DNA from: an uncultured bacterium
GTDB lineage: Bacteria > Planctomycetota > UBA1135 > GCA-002686595
DNA: 64,000 nucleotides
Direction of reading: 5' to 3'
NCBI GenBank assembly: GCA_943787795.1
Contig: CALSNU010000002.1
Span: forward strand, 480,001 to 544,000
Position numbers and translations under genes: made by a program
In this document: positions 1 through 10,200 of the stretch, in pieces
Layout: every line of letters starts with the position of its first letter
How positions within the stretch are numbered: the stretch's first letter is position 1
Notes under the pieces: generated by a model
Databases searched by the model: none
What the model was told of the DNA's origin: nothing
The model's input: only the letters and a program-made list of their open reading frames with translations

Positions 1-1749
1 GATCAGCGCCAGGACGACGAACGGCGCTGCCATGGTCGCGCCGAACACCCCCATGCCGATCACGATTCGCATCACGCCGCCGCTGGCGCCGGCGGCGATC
101 AGGGTGCCGACGAAGGGACCGGTGCAGGTGAAGCTCGTGATCACCAGGGTCAGGCCCATGAGGAAGACCCCGTAGATCCCGCCCGTGCCGCTGGCCTTGC
201 CCGCGGCACCCATGAGGAACTGGGGCGGGTTGAGCGTGATCGCACCGAAGAGCGCCAGGGCGAAGACCACGAACAGGACGCCGATGAACAGGTTCGTCAC
301 GTAGTGCGTGGCGAAGGGCACCAGCAGGGGCCCGGCGAGGACCCCTAGCAGCACGAACATCAGCACGATCCCGAGCCCGTACACCGAGGCGAGCAGGAGC
401 GCGTTGCCGCCCTTCTCGTCCGCCTGCTTGGTGAAGAAGGAGATCGTGATGGGGATCATCGGGTAGGTGCAGGGCATCAGCAGGGTGAAGAGCCCCGCGC
501 CGATGGCCAGCAGGATGAACTCCAGCAGCCCGTCGCTCTCGGTCTCCTGGCCGAAGGAGCGCTTCTCGCCATCCTCCACCGGGGCCTCGATCGTGGGCGT
601 CGACTCCGCCGCGCCGACGACCGCCCCGGCGTCGGTCTCGGTGTCGGTCTCGGCGTCAGTGCCAGTGCCAGTGCCAGTGCCACTACCGGCATCGGGAACA
701 GCGCCAGGTTCCGTGGCTGCCCCTGCGCCGCCGCTGGCCGCCTGCGGGAGCGTCCATGTGGCGAAGGCCGCCGCGAACAGTGCGTCCGAGCCGGACCCCA
801 CGACCTCGATGCCGGAGAATTTCACCGGGAGGCAGGCGCCGTCGTCGCAGGACTGGCCGTCGAGGCCAATCTCCAGGTCACCCGGATCGAAGTCGTCGAA
901 GGCTTCACCGCGGAGGGCGAAGTGGAAGAGGCCCTCGTGGGCCCAGAGCCAGACCTCCTTCGAGTCCGGGTCTTGGGGGTCCTTCTCCTCCTGGACGTAG
1001 CGGAAGGGCTCGGGATACTGAACCTCGTCCTCCCAGTCCACGTTGCCGCCCTCGACGGTGACGGTGGTCGGGGTCCCGATCCCCGGACCCATGTCCTCGG
1101 CGGTGGGGCCGTGGTACATGTGCCAGTGCTCCGGCGTCGCCACCTGCACCACGAGCTCGACGATCTCGCCGTCGTCCCCGTCAAGCACCCTCGCGAACGC
1201 CCGCGCCGCCGCCGCCTCGTCGCCGAAGTCAGGGCTCCAGGTCAGCGGGTCCTCCTCGGGCTCGGCCAGCAGCGACTCGGGGAAGCCCTCCCAGACCGAC
1301 TCCGGCCCAGCCCCGAGGGTCGCGAGGTCCTCCTCAAAGGGGAGGCACTGGTTCTCGTCGCAGACCTGCCCCTCGACGAAGGCGCTGATCGCCCCGGCGT
1401 CCACGCCGGCGGCCGCGGCGCCCCGAGCGGCGGCGAACAGGTAGGTCTTCTTGTCGAAGACGCGCGCCGGCCCGTAGCCCTCGTCCGGCTTCACCTTGGG
1501 CTCGGGGTACCAGACCTCGGTCCACGCTGCGCCCTCAAGCTCCCCGGGGGTCACCGTGGTCGGCAGCCCACCGACCTCGCTGGGGTCCCCCTGGTCATAG
1601 ACCCAGCAGCCGAAGGACGGCCGGACCTGAACGGCCATGAGCACGTCGTCCCCGACGGCCTTCGAGAACAGCTTGACCTTGACGGACTGGGCGCTCGCGG
1701 GTGCAAGGGCCGAGAGTGCGACGAGGAGGAGAGTGAGGAGTCGAGACAT
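1..1749 (-). CDS. dsbD: DsbD-like thiol:disulfide interchange / cytochrome c biogenesis protein (3' end runs off window)
   Basis: Not in the ORF track because it is open at the window edge. Translating from ATG 1749 gives a signal peptide (MSRLLTLLLVALSALAPASAQ), two Ig-like segments with CDENQC and CDDGAC, a G/T/D/E linker, then a transmembrane domain with the DsbD motifs LLMPCTYPMIPITISFF and SFTCTGPFVG. Confidence 0.88.
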   Translation of the reverse strand, partial: MSRLLTLLLVALSALAPASAQSVKVKLFSKAVGDDVLMAVQVRPSFGCWVYDQGDPSEVGGLPTTVTPGELEGAAWTEVWYPEPKVKPDEGYGPARVFDKKTYLFAAARGAAAAGVDAGAISAFVEGQVCDENQCLPFEEDLATLGAGPESVWEGFPESLLAEPEEDPLTWSPDFGDEAAAARAFARVLDGDDGEIVELVVQVATPEHWHMYHGPTAEDMGPGIGTPTTVTVEGGNVDWEDEVQYPEPFRYVQEEKDPQDPDSKEVWLWAHEGLFHFALRGEAFDDFDPGDLEIGLDGQSCDDGACLPVKFSGIEVVGSGSDALFAAAFATWTLPQAASGGAGAATEPGAVPDAGSGTGTGTGTDAETDTETDAGAVVGAAESTPTIEAPVEDGEKRSFGQETESDGLLEFILLAIGAGLFTLLMPCTYPMIPITISFFTKQADEKGGNALLLASVYGLGIVLMFVLLGVLAGPLLVPFATHYVTNLFIGVLFVVFALALFGAITLNPPQFLMGAAGKASGTGGIYGVFLMGLTLVITSFTCTGPFVGTLIAAGASGGVMRIVIGMGVFGATMAAPFVVLALI

Positions 1750-1996
1750 CTTCGTCCTGGATCGGTGCCGTCTCGCGCCGGCGTTGGCGGAAGAGGGGGC
1801 GGGGAGAAGTTAGCAGGAGGCCGCGGAGCCGTGACCGACTGCCACCCGAGGAGTACGGCGTTTTGCGCTCCGTCGGAGGCACAATCAGGGCTCTTGCGGA
1901 CCTGAAACGTGCCTCGATCACGATCCTTGCACCTGACGCTCATGGCGAGAACCGCCGGGCTCCGACACAGTGGAGAGGCGCCCAGCGCCGCGAACC

Positions 1997-2851
1997 ATGA
2001 AGCTACACCACGCCCTTCCGCTCTTGCTGAGCACCCTGACCTTCCTCGCCGTCGCCAACCAGGAGCGATCCTCGCGCGCCCGAGGCGTCTCCCAGACCGC
2101 GCAAGAGCAGGGCGGAGGCAAGGCCACCACCGACGCTCCGGATCAGGCCCGCCGTGACTTCCCGGGCAGCACCCGAGACACGACGCTCGACGTGTTCGGT
2201 CGACGGAAGACCACCTCGGAGGTGAAGTCACCCCAGGAGCTCCTCATCGGCGGATGGAAGCTCCAGAGCATGAAGCTCCGCAAGGGCCCCAAGTCAAGCC
2301 AGGGCGTCTCCGGGCTGCTCGTGATCAGCGACCACTTCCTCTCCCTCGAACTCCACGGCCAAGGGGACCCCACCTCTCGCACCAACGGGCTGGCGTTTCA
2401 CATGTCCCTGGGGGGCGAGTATGTGCTGACGCCCGACGATGGCCTCAGCCTCCGAACCATGATCGGCAGCTTCCAGGACTCCGACAGCGAACAGTTGGCC
2501 TGGGAGCGGACAGGGAAGACGCGCGAGTTCAAGGCGGTCTTCAGCGAGCGCCAGCTCGCCCTCTCATGGGGTGGCGGCGCCAACCAACTCGTCTTCGGCC
2601 GCCGAGCGCCGACGATGAGCGGCCGGGTCGACATCTTCGGCCGCCTGATCCAACCCTCCGCCGACGCCCCCTCTCAGGCCCTGGACATCTTCGGGCGTGA
2701 GTTACCGGAAGAGCCGAGCGAGGAGAAGGACATCTTCGGCCGGAGCATCCCGGGCTCGGGGAACGGGACGACGGGCGCGCAGCCGGGCACCTCCAAGACT
2801 GGTACCTCCAGGACTGGCTCCTCAGGGACTGGCGGCGACCGGCAGCGCTAG
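1997..2851 (+). CDS. Secreted hypothetical protein, possible lipocalin-like domain with repeated D(I/V)FGR motifs
   Basis: Signal peptide from ATG 1997 (MKLHHALPLLLSTLTFLAVA), LIGGWKLQSM (GxW) motif, GC3-rich codons. Confidence 0.7.
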   Translation: MKLHHALPLLLSTLTFLAVANQERSSRARGVSQTAQEQGGGKATTDAPDQARRDFPGSTRDTTLDVFGRRKTTSEVKSPQELLIGGWKLQSMKLRKGPKSSQGVSGLLVISDHFLSLELHGQGDPTSRTNGLAFHMSLGGEYVLTPDDGLSLRTMIGSFQDSDSEQLAWERTGKTREFKAVFSERQLALSWGGGANQLVFGRRAPTMSGRVDIFGRLIQPSADAPSQALDIFGRELPEEPSEEKDIFGRSIPGSGNGTTGAQPGTSKTGTSRTGSSGTGGDRQR

Positions 2852-2858
2852 CTGCCGA

Positions 2859-5435
2859 CTAACACTGGCTGAACCCGCAGGAGTGGCACATCACGCAGCC
2901 CTCCTCGAACGAGATCCCGCCCTCACACTGGGGGCACTTGACCTTGTAGCGCTCGGCGTCGTTCACCTTCGCGCCCGAGGAGCGCTTCTGGTTCGGCTCG
3001 CCGTCAAGCTCTTCGGCGGACACGCGCCCGAGCAGGAGCGCCTCGAGGCCGTGCGCGTCCTTGGCGGTCTTGTAGCGATGCAGCGCGGTCGCGAGGCCGT
3101 CAGCGAGGGACATGATCCGCCCGTCCTTGGTCGGAACCGAGAGGCTGGAGCCGATCCCGGAGAGCTGGGAGACGGCCTTCTCGAGGCTGCCGTTGGAGCG
3201 GAGCCAGAGCGAGAGGATGCGACAGATGGCCTCGAGGTCCGAATTCGCCACGTCGCCGCCCTTGCCGAGCTGCGCGAAGACCTCGCGCTCGAGCCCGCTC
3301 CGCGGATCAACGGACACCTTCACGTGCATGTTGCCGAAGGGCGTCATCTGCCGGATCCGCAGGGACGGCATGATCTCCGGCAGGCGGACGGGGTCGAGCT
3401 GGGCTCCCCCTTGGATGACTTCGGCGGCAGGAGTCGGGTGTGCGGTCCCGGCCCCCGCCGCGTCAGTCGCCATCCCTCCCGTGGGACGGTCGGCGCCCTT
3501 GAGCGCCATGGGCTGCATGTCACGGCAGCCGTCGCGGTACACAGTGACACCTTTCACGCCCATGTCGACAGCCATGTCGTAGATCTGTCGAACATCCTCG
3601 ACGCTGGCGGACTTGGGGAAGTTGATCGTCTTCGAGATCGACGCGTCGCAGTGCCGTTGGAAGGCGGCCTGCATGCGCATGTGCCACTCGGGCGAGATGT
3701 CGTGCGCCGTCACGAACAGGCGTTGGTCCGCCTTGGGGATGTCGTCAAGGTGGGCGATGGTGCCGTCCGCGAGGATCTTCTCCACAAGCTCGCTCGAGAA
3801 GTACCCGGCAGCCTCCGCCGCGCGCTCGAAGACCTCGTTGACCTCGCGCATGACGGTGGGCTTGCCGTCCGCGTCCTTCATGATCTGGCGCTCGAAGGCG
3901 AGGCTGAACATGGGCTCGATGCCCCCAGAGCAACCGGCGATGATGGAGATCGTCCCCGTCGGCGCGATCGTCGTCGTGTAGCTGTTCCTGAGGCGTTTTC
4001 CCAGTGCCTCGAACTCGGAACCTTCCCAGGCCCCGAAGACGCCGCGCTCCTCGGCCAAGACCTCCGAGGCGAGGTGTGACTCCTCGTTGAGCACCCTCAT
4101 GATCTCCTCGCCGAAGGCGCACGCCTCCTGGGAGTCGTACGGCAGCCCGAGGGAGTAGAGGGCGTCAGCGAAGCCCATGACTCCGAGACCAATGCGCCGG
4201 GTCGAGCGGGACATCTCAGCGATCTCCCGTAGGGGATACTCGTTCACCTCGATGACGTCATCGAGGAAGCGCGTGCAGGTGTGGATGACCTCGCGGTACG
4301 CCTCCCAGTGGAAGGTCGACGTGGACGCGCCCGTCGCCTCGTCCGTGCCAGGGATCACGAAGCGGCCGAGGTTGATCGACCCCAGGTTGCAGGAGTCCCA
4401 GGCGTGCAGGGGCTGCTCCCCGCAGGGGTTGGTCGCCTCGATCTGCCCGACATTCTTGATCGGGTTGGTGGCGTTGATGCGGTCGATGAAGACAACGCCC
4501 GGCTCACCGGAGGCGTGGGCATGCTCGACGATCGAGCCCCAGAGGTCACCCACGGTGCAGGCTGCCCCGTCGCGCTCCAGGGCCGACCAGTCGCCGGTGA
4601 GGGGATCGAGCACCTGGTGGACAGCGCTCGGGTCCGCCCTCAGCTGCTCCATGAAGCGATCCGTCACCGCCACGCTGACGTTGAAGTTGTTCAGCTTCGA
4701 CCGGTCGTCCTTGCAGACGATGAAGTCCGCGATGTCCGGGTGATCGACCCGCAGGATGCCCATGTTCGCGCCCTTACGGAACGCGCCCTGCTGGATGGAG
4801 TCCGACGCCTTGGAGAAGACGTCCATGAACGTGAGGGGGCCCGCGCCCTGGCCGCCAGAGCTCTTCACGAGGCGCCCTGCCGGGCGGACCTTTGAGAAGT
4901 TGAAGCCCGTACCGCCGCCGGCCTTCTGGATCAGGGCGGTGGCCTTGACGGACTCGTAGATGCCCTCCACCGAGTCCGGCACAGGGAGCACGAAGCACGC
5001 GGAGAGCATCCCGCTCCCGCGGCCCGCGTTGGTGAGGCAGGGGCTGTTCGGGAGGAACATCCGCTGGCTCATGAGCGTGTAGAAGTCCCTGGCGACCTCG
5101 AGGGCCTCCTCCGGCTCCGCGTCGAACTTCACCTCAGCCCCGGCGACGGTGCGCGCCACGCGCCAGAACATCTGGCGCGGGGTCTCGTCGAGCTCTCCGT
5201 CCTCGCCGCGGATCAGGTAGCGACGCTCGAGCACCTTCAGCGAGTTCTCGCCGAGGTCCGGGTCCGGCAGATCCGCAGGGGGATCAATGCCTCCGAGGAG
5301 CGCCCCGGCGTCCTCCGCGTCTCGCGTCTCACCGGCGGGCTCCGAGGTCTCCGCGCCGTCAGTGACGGCGCTCACTCCGGTGGCCTCAAGGTCGTGCTGG
5401 AGAAGGTCGGCTGCGTGCGGCTGCGTCGAGGTCAC
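2859..5435 (-). CDS. nrdJ: Class II (adenosylcobalamin-dependent) ribonucleotide reductase
   Basis: Motifs LERRYL, FLPNSPCLTNAG, LSACFV, GGGTGFNFS, EATNPCGEQPL, TIAPTGTIS, ISKTINFP and KGVTVYRDG, plus a C-terminal TSCPD-like domain and Zn ribbon (CPQC...CHSC). The start (GTG 5435) is estimated; the ORF-track extension to 6539 overlaps murJ. Confidence 0.95.
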   Translation of the reverse strand: MTSTQPHAADLLQHDLEATGVSAVTDGAETSEPAGETRDAEDAGALLGGIDPPADLPDPDLGENSLKVLERRYLIRGEDGELDETPRQMFWRVARTVAGAEVKFDAEPEEALEVARDFYTLMSQRMFLPNSPCLTNAGRGSGMLSACFVLPVPDSVEGIYESVKATALIQKAGGGTGFNFSKVRPAGRLVKSSGGQGAGPLTFMDVFSKASDSIQQGAFRKGANMGILRVDHPDIADFIVCKDDRSKLNNFNVSVAVTDRFMEQLRADPSAVHQVLDPLTGDWSALERDGAACTVGDLWGSIVEHAHASGEPGVVFIDRINATNPIKNVGQIEATNPCGEQPLHAWDSCNLGSINLGRFVIPGTDEATGASTSTFHWEAYREVIHTCTRFLDDVIEVNEYPLREIAEMSRSTRRIGLGVMGFADALYSLGLPYDSQEACAFGEEIMRVLNEESHLASEVLAEERGVFGAWEGSEFEALGKRLRNSYTTTIAPTGTISIIAGCSGGIEPMFSLAFERQIMKDADGKPTVMREVNEVFERAAEAAGYFSSELVEKILADGTIAHLDDIPKADQRLFVTAHDISPEWHMRMQAAFQRHCDASISKTINFPKSASVEDVRQIYDMAVDMGVKGVTVYRDGCRDMQPMALKGADRPTGGMATDAAGAGTAHPTPAAEVIQGGAQLDPVRLPEIMPSLRIRQMTPFGNMHVKVSVDPRSGLEREVFAQLGKGGDVANSDLEAICRILSLWLRSNGSLEKAVSQLSGIGSSLSVPTKDGRIMSLADGLATALHRYKTAKDAHGLEALLLGRVSAEELDGEPNQKRSSGAKVNDAERYKVKCPQCEGGISFEEGCVMCHSCGFSQC

Positions 5436-5578
5436 GTGGTGTGGACTGGGCTTGGGACTCTTCGTCAACGTCGCCCCATCAGGCACGGGTGCCGACCTGC
5501 GCCCATGATTCTCGCCAGCGGCTTCCGTTGCAAGGGGGGGCCTTCCATCGAGTGCCTCCAGCCCGCGAAGCGCCGGCT

Positions 5579-7375
5579 CTACCCGCGCCCAGGCCGGAGT
5601 CGATCCAGCACCTTCTTGCTGATCGCTCGAACGTCCTCGATCCCCAGCACGAGGGCCGCTCCCAGGTAGGCCCCGCCGCCCGCGCCGATGGCCAGGAAGA
5701 GCGCCAGGGCGGGTCCGAGCACATCGTCGAGCGCCTGCTCGACGGCGCCTGCGGCGACGCCCGAGACGGCAGCGGCCGCGAGGATCCTGGGCAGCGCATG
5801 CCTGAAGGGCACATCGCTCTTGGGGAGCCCGAGGAGACGCGAGAGGCCAGGAAGTAGCATCGCGACGTTGAGGGCGCTCGTCACCGCCGTCGCCGCGGCC
5901 AGCCCCTCCACGTCCATGCCCAGCCCCACGAGGAAGAGCACGTTGAGCAGTCCGTTGAGCACGAGCATCGCGGCGGAGACCTTCACCGGTGTGGAAAAAT
6001 CCCCAACCGAGTAGTAGGTGCGCGCCACGAGGCCCGTGGCGCCGGCCGGGACGATGGCGAAGCAGAGCGCCTTCAGAGCACGGGTGGTCCGATCCACACC
6101 CTCCGGGCCGAAGGCCCCGTGCTCGAAGGAGACCTCCACCACCGGCCTCGCGAGGACGAACAGCCCCACAGCCGCCGGCAAGGCCACCGCGGCGATGGCG
6201 AGGTGCGTGCGGTCGTGCAGCCGGCGCAGGGCCGCCAGCTCCCGACGGTGCCCAAGCTGCTGGAGGGCCGGGAACACGGCGCTGGTGGCGGCGATCGCCA
6301 CCAGCGCGAGGGGGAACTGCTGGACGCGGTTGGCGTAGTAATGGGCCGTGGGGCCGCCGTTCGAGAGCAGGCTCTCGGCCATCAGCCCGTCCACCATCAC
6401 GTTGATCTGGTAGACCGCCGCTCCGAGGGCCAGGGGCGCCGAGCGACGCAGGACCTCTCCGGGGCCGGCAGCTCCCTCCGGGAGGGCACTCAAGCCTCCA
6501 GGGCGCCCCAGGAGCCCCGCTGCGCGCAGCGCCGGCCACTGGATCAAGAGCTGCACGACGCCAGCCATCAGCAGGCCCCAGGCGAGCCAGCGGGCCATGG
6601 CCATGTGCCGCTCCACGTCGGCCATGCTCTCAGCACCGTACTCCGACCTGTCCCCCCATCCGAAGTGCCACGCGATCACCAGCAGCGTGGCGATCCAGGC
6701 GAGATTCATGGCCGCCGGCGCGAACGCGGGCGCTCCGAACTTGCCCCGTACGTGAAGTGCTCCGGTCACCAGGGAGGAGAGGCAGACCAGCACAAGGAAG
6801 GGCATGACCCGGATCGTGAGGTCCCGCACCGCGTCAGGGTCCGCCCCCAGCCAGGACCACTCCGTCCCCGGCAGCTGATCGGGGGCCATCGAGACGGCGG
6901 CCATGACCAGGAGGCTCAGGATGAAGGACACCACCATCAGCAGCCCGAGCGTCTTGCGGAACAGGACCGCTCCCGCGGGCTCTCCGTGGCTCTCATCCAC
7001 CTCGGTCAGAGCCGTCTGAAAGCTCACGGCCAGGGCGCCCTCCCCGAGGAAGCGCCGGAAGAGGTTGGGCACGCGGAACGCGGTCAGGAACGCGTCGAAG
7101 ACGCCTGAGGTGTCCCCGAAGAGCGCCGCCGCCAGCATCTCGCGCGCGTATCCGAGCACGCGGCTCACCAGCGTCAGGCTCGACACCAGCGCCGCGCGGA
7201 GCCCCAGTCGACGGTGCCGATCAGGCGGCCTCGAGGGCTCGGGGTGGGGGTCGATCTCGGGGCGTTCCAAGGGCGCAGCGCTCGGTGGATCCCCGGTGTC
7301 CCCGCGCGCCCGATGGATCAGGAGCGCGGGGAGGTGCCGCCGAGGGAAGCGAGGCCGCTGAAGGTATCGCGTCAC
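5579..7375 (-). CDS. murJ: Lipid II flippase MurJ (MviN)
   Basis: SRVLGYARE, AFRVPNLFRRFLGEGA, YYANRVQQFP and many transmembrane segments. True start uncertain. Confidence 0.93.
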   Translation of the reverse strand: MTRYLQRPRFPRRHLPALLIHRARGDTGDPPSAAPLERPEIDPHPEPSRPPDRHRRLGLRAALVSSLTLVSRVLGYAREMLAAALFGDTSGVFDAFLTAFRVPNLFRRFLGEGALAVSFQTALTEVDESHGEPAGAVLFRKTLGLLMVVSFILSLLVMAAVSMAPDQLPGTEWSWLGADPDAVRDLTIRVMPFLVLVCLSSLVTGALHVRGKFGAPAFAPAAMNLAWIATLLVIAWHFGWGDRSEYGAESMADVERHMAMARWLAWGLLMAGVVQLLIQWPALRAAGLLGRPGGLSALPEGAAGPGEVLRRSAPLALGAAVYQINVMVDGLMAESLLSNGGPTAHYYANRVQQFPLALVAIAATSAVFPALQQLGHRRELAALRRLHDRTHLAIAAVALPAAVGLFVLARPVVEVSFEHGAFGPEGVDRTTRALKALCFAIVPAGATGLVARTYYSVGDFSTPVKVSAAMLVLNGLLNVLFLVGLGMDVEGLAAATAVTSALNVAMLLPGLSRLLGLPKSDVPFRHALPRILAAAAVSGVAAGAVEQALDDVLGPALALFLAIGAGGGAYLGAALVLGIEDVRAISKKVLDRLRPGRG

Positions 7376-7439
7376 TCAGCGGGTACGCGACCGCCCGGAC
7401 CATTTCCTGGTCACGGGGTCCGCCGGCGACCGGGTGGCC

Positions 7440-10031
7440 TCACGGACAGAAAGTGATCTCGAGGCCGTCCGAGAAGTTGAAGCCCGAGCCGCCCACGTCC
7501 CTGAGCCAGAACTGGAAGTTCCAGGTCTCGCCGTTCGCGATCGCGACGGGCAGCGTGGGGAAGTCCAGGGCGTACGACGCCGCGCCTGCCGGGTCGGTCT
7601 GGACCACGGGGAGGCGCTGGAACGCGCCCCCGATGCAGATCGAGCCGTTGCCCACCTGGACCTGGTCCCGGCCCTGGCCGTAGAAGAACAGCCCGAAGCC
7701 CGACGGGTTCGCGTCGGCGACCGTCAGGGACAGCTGGTTCAAGGTGACGTCGGTGGACCCCGTGGCCCCCATGAATGCGCCAGCGGTCCACTGGTTGGGG
7801 GACAGCACGCAGTAGTTCTCAGGCTGAGGGCAGCCCGGATCCGTGGCCTCCACGCGCACGTCGTCCACCGCCGCCTCGACGATGGAGCCGCTGCCGAGAT
7901 CCGACGCGACGAAGCGCACCCTCACCTGGTCGGTCAGCGCCACGTACGCGCCGATGTCCACCGAGGCCTCGATCCACCCCCCGGACGTTCCGGCCCCCGT
8001 GGGCCCCACGACCTCGGCGCTGGTCCAGCTCACGCCACCATCGTCGGAGAGGTCCACGTTGAACACGTCGGCGCCCGGCGATGCGCCCTCGTCGTTCGAG
8101 TACCAACGCACGTACCGCAGGGTGGCTGTCGCCGAGCCGTCGAGGTCGAAGAGGGGAGAGAACAGCGCCGTGCTGCCGCCGTCCACGTCGTTCTCACCAA
8201 GGCCTCCGCCCACGCTCCCCTGGCCCGTGAACCAGCAGCGAGTGCCAGGACTCGGCGAGTTGTCGTTCTCCGGCTGCGCGGCGGTCCCGATCGGGTCCGC
8301 CCGGGTCCACTCCCCCGTGGTCGCGTTGTTCGGCGACCCGACGGTCCAGCCCTGGTCGCCCGCTGCCTCGAAGTCGTAGGCCGCGACCACGCGCACGCCC
8401 ACCGTCAGCTGACCGTCGAGGACCTCGGCTCGGCCCCCCTCGGTGATGGTGACCGTGAAGTTCACGACCTCGCCCACGGGCGTCGAGGGGTCGAGGAGCA
8501 GCTGGAGCGGAGCCGCGCCCGTCCCAGTGGTGAAGGACGGCACCAAGAGGGAAGACTGGGCCGTGGTCACCGTCGCAAACGGGCTCGAGGTGGCGAGGTC
8601 GATGGTCGCCGCTGCCGAGTCCCCGCGTCCGGAGTTGCGCACGAAGGCCGAGACGTCCACGGGCTCGCCCGGCTCGAAGGACCCATCCCCGTCGCCGGCA
8701 TCCGTCACCGTGACCGCCTCGGGCCGGAGCCAGGCGCCCGCCGCGAGCACGGTGCGGGCGAAGCTGGTGAGGTTCTCCTCCGCCAGGGGCACGATCCTGT
8801 TCTGCAGCGGCCAGAAGCCGTCGTTGCCGTTCCCGATCTCGGGGGTCCAGCCGTAGGTGCCCTTGACCCCGTACTCGTAGTCGAACGTGACGCCGTCCGC
8901 CTGGTAGAGGACGATCGAGGCTGGACCGTGGACGTAGCCGTTGTCCGCCACCGCGAGGTCGCCGATCTCACCGATCTCGTCCCAGTCGGGCGGGTACTGG
9001 GTCACGTAGCCCCACGGCGCGAGCCACAGGTCGGAGAAGGTGTGCACCGACAGGGAGGTCTCGAACTCCCGACTGTTGATGAATTGGACCATGGCCTGGA
9101 CCTCCGGCTCGGACGCCGGCGCAGTCCCCCGATACGTCTCCGAAGAGCCGGATCCGCTGGAGCCCGATCCACCCCACTGGAAGGGGTAGTTCCGGTTGAG
9201 GTCCACCCCGGTGCTGCCGCCGTTGCTGCGGCGGTTCTTGCGCCACAGGCCGCCGCCGACGGGGTCGGTCAGGCGATTGAACTCGTAGCCGTCCGGGTTC
9301 ACGCAGGGCACCACGTAGATCTCGCGCTCGTCGAGGAGATAGGTGGCCACGGGGTCGCTGCCGTACTCCTCGAGCAGGTAGCAGAGGAAGTAGAGGGTCG
9401 TCTGCATGCCCATGGGCTCGCGCGCATGGTGCAGCGCGTCGATGCGCATCTCCGGCTCGGGCTCATCCACGCCGGGGTTGTCGGACACCTTCACCATCCA
9501 GAGGTCTCGGCCCTGGAGTGACTGCCCGATGGAGGACTTGGCGGAGACGAACTGGGGGTACGCCGCCGTGAGCTGATCGAGGACCGAGACGACCTCGGCA
9601 AAGGTGTAGTACCCCGACATCGAGCCCTGCCCGTAGGGCGGGTTGAGCCACTGGCCGTACCCCACCCCGGCGTTGTCCTCGGAAGCGCCAGCGGTGAGCC
9701 GCCGCGCGTAGTACCCCGCGAGGTCCTCGATGAGCACCTCCGGCGTGAGCCGAACCCCGCGGATCTGTTCCATCTGCTCGTCGGTGACCAGCAGGGTCGC
9801 CTCGCCGCCCGCGAGGTCCACCGACACCAGATCGAGGTCCAATCGCTGCAGCCGCAGGAGTCCCATGGGGTCCGAGCTCACCTTGACCAGGTGCTGGACC
9901 GTGCCCAAGCTCACCGGGACGGGAACCGCGGGGGCTGCGTCGAGGGGCGCGAGCTCAGGGCCGACGCCTCCCTGGGGCGTGACGGCAGGGGAGAGGGCGA
10001 GCAGGGAGGCGGTCAGGATGGCGATCGTCAT
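7440..10031 (-). CDS. Secreted M14 zinc carboxypeptidase (carboxypeptidase T-like) with C-terminal accessory domains
   Basis: HHAREP zinc motif, NPDGYE, WRKNR, GVDLNRNY, SEPE, SVHTFS, TPEIG; signal peptide from ATG 10031. Confidence 0.9.
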   Translation of the reverse strand: MTIAILTASLLALSPAVTPQGGVGPELAPLDAAPAVPVPVSLGTVQHLVKVSSDPMGLLRLQRLDLDLVSVDLAGGEATLLVTDEQMEQIRGVRLTPEVLIEDLAGYYARRLTAGASEDNAGVGYGQWLNPPYGQGSMSGYYTFAEVVSVLDQLTAAYPQFVSAKSSIGQSLQGRDLWMVKVSDNPGVDEPEPEMRIDALHHAREPMGMQTTLYFLCYLLEEYGSDPVATYLLDEREIYVVPCVNPDGYEFNRLTDPVGGGLWRKNRRSNGGSTGVDLNRNYPFQWGGSGSSGSGSSETYRGTAPASEPEVQAMVQFINSREFETSLSVHTFSDLWLAPWGYVTQYPPDWDEIGEIGDLAVADNGYVHGPASIVLYQADGVTFDYEYGVKGTYGWTPEIGNGNDGFWPLQNRIVPLAEENLTSFARTVLAAGAWLRPEAVTVTDAGDGDGSFEPGEPVDVSAFVRNSGRGDSAAATIDLATSSPFATVTTAQSSLLVPSFTTGTGAAPLQLLLDPSTPVGEVVNFTVTITEGGRAEVLDGQLTVGVRVVAAYDFEAAGDQGWTVGSPNNATTGEWTRADPIGTAAQPENDNSPSPGTRCWFTGQGSVGGGLGENDVDGGSTALFSPLFDLDGSATATLRYVRWYSNDEGASPGADVFNVDLSDDGGVSWTSAEVVGPTGAGTSGGWIEASVDIGAYVALTDQVRVRFVASDLGSGSIVEAAVDDVRVEATDPGCPQPENYCVLSPNQWTAGAFMGATGSTDVTLNQLSLTVADANPSGFGLFFYGQGRDQVQVGNGSICIGGAFQRLPVVQTDPAGAASYALDFPTLPVAIANGETWNFQFWLRDVGGSGFNFSDGLEITFCP

Positions 10032-10200
10032 AGGTGCTGGACGGCACGTCCAAGGGTTGGGTTCCTGCACAAGCATGGGAACGCGGAACCAATGGCGCAG
10101 CCGAGGACGCCTGCACCGACAGCGACGTCTCGAAACAGCGCCTCTCCCCGCTCCCCCTCACGCGGTCCCGGGCCATCACCCGCTAGCCCCCCCCTGGGGA

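Noticed and set aside
5436..5578. Cobalamin riboswitch or NrdR box upstream of nrdJ; intein in nrdJ
   Set aside because: No B12-box or NrdR palindrome is recognisable, and the catalytic motifs are contiguous with no intein-sized insert.
5990..5998. Consensus DnaA box (TTTTCCACA on the minus strand)
   Set aside because: It is a single copy inside the murJ coding sequence and could occur by chance.
5436..6539. 368-aa N-terminal extension of nrdJ in the ORF track
   Set aside because: It overlaps murJ on the same strand in another frame and is low-complexity R/G/P sequence, so it is a high-GC artefact.
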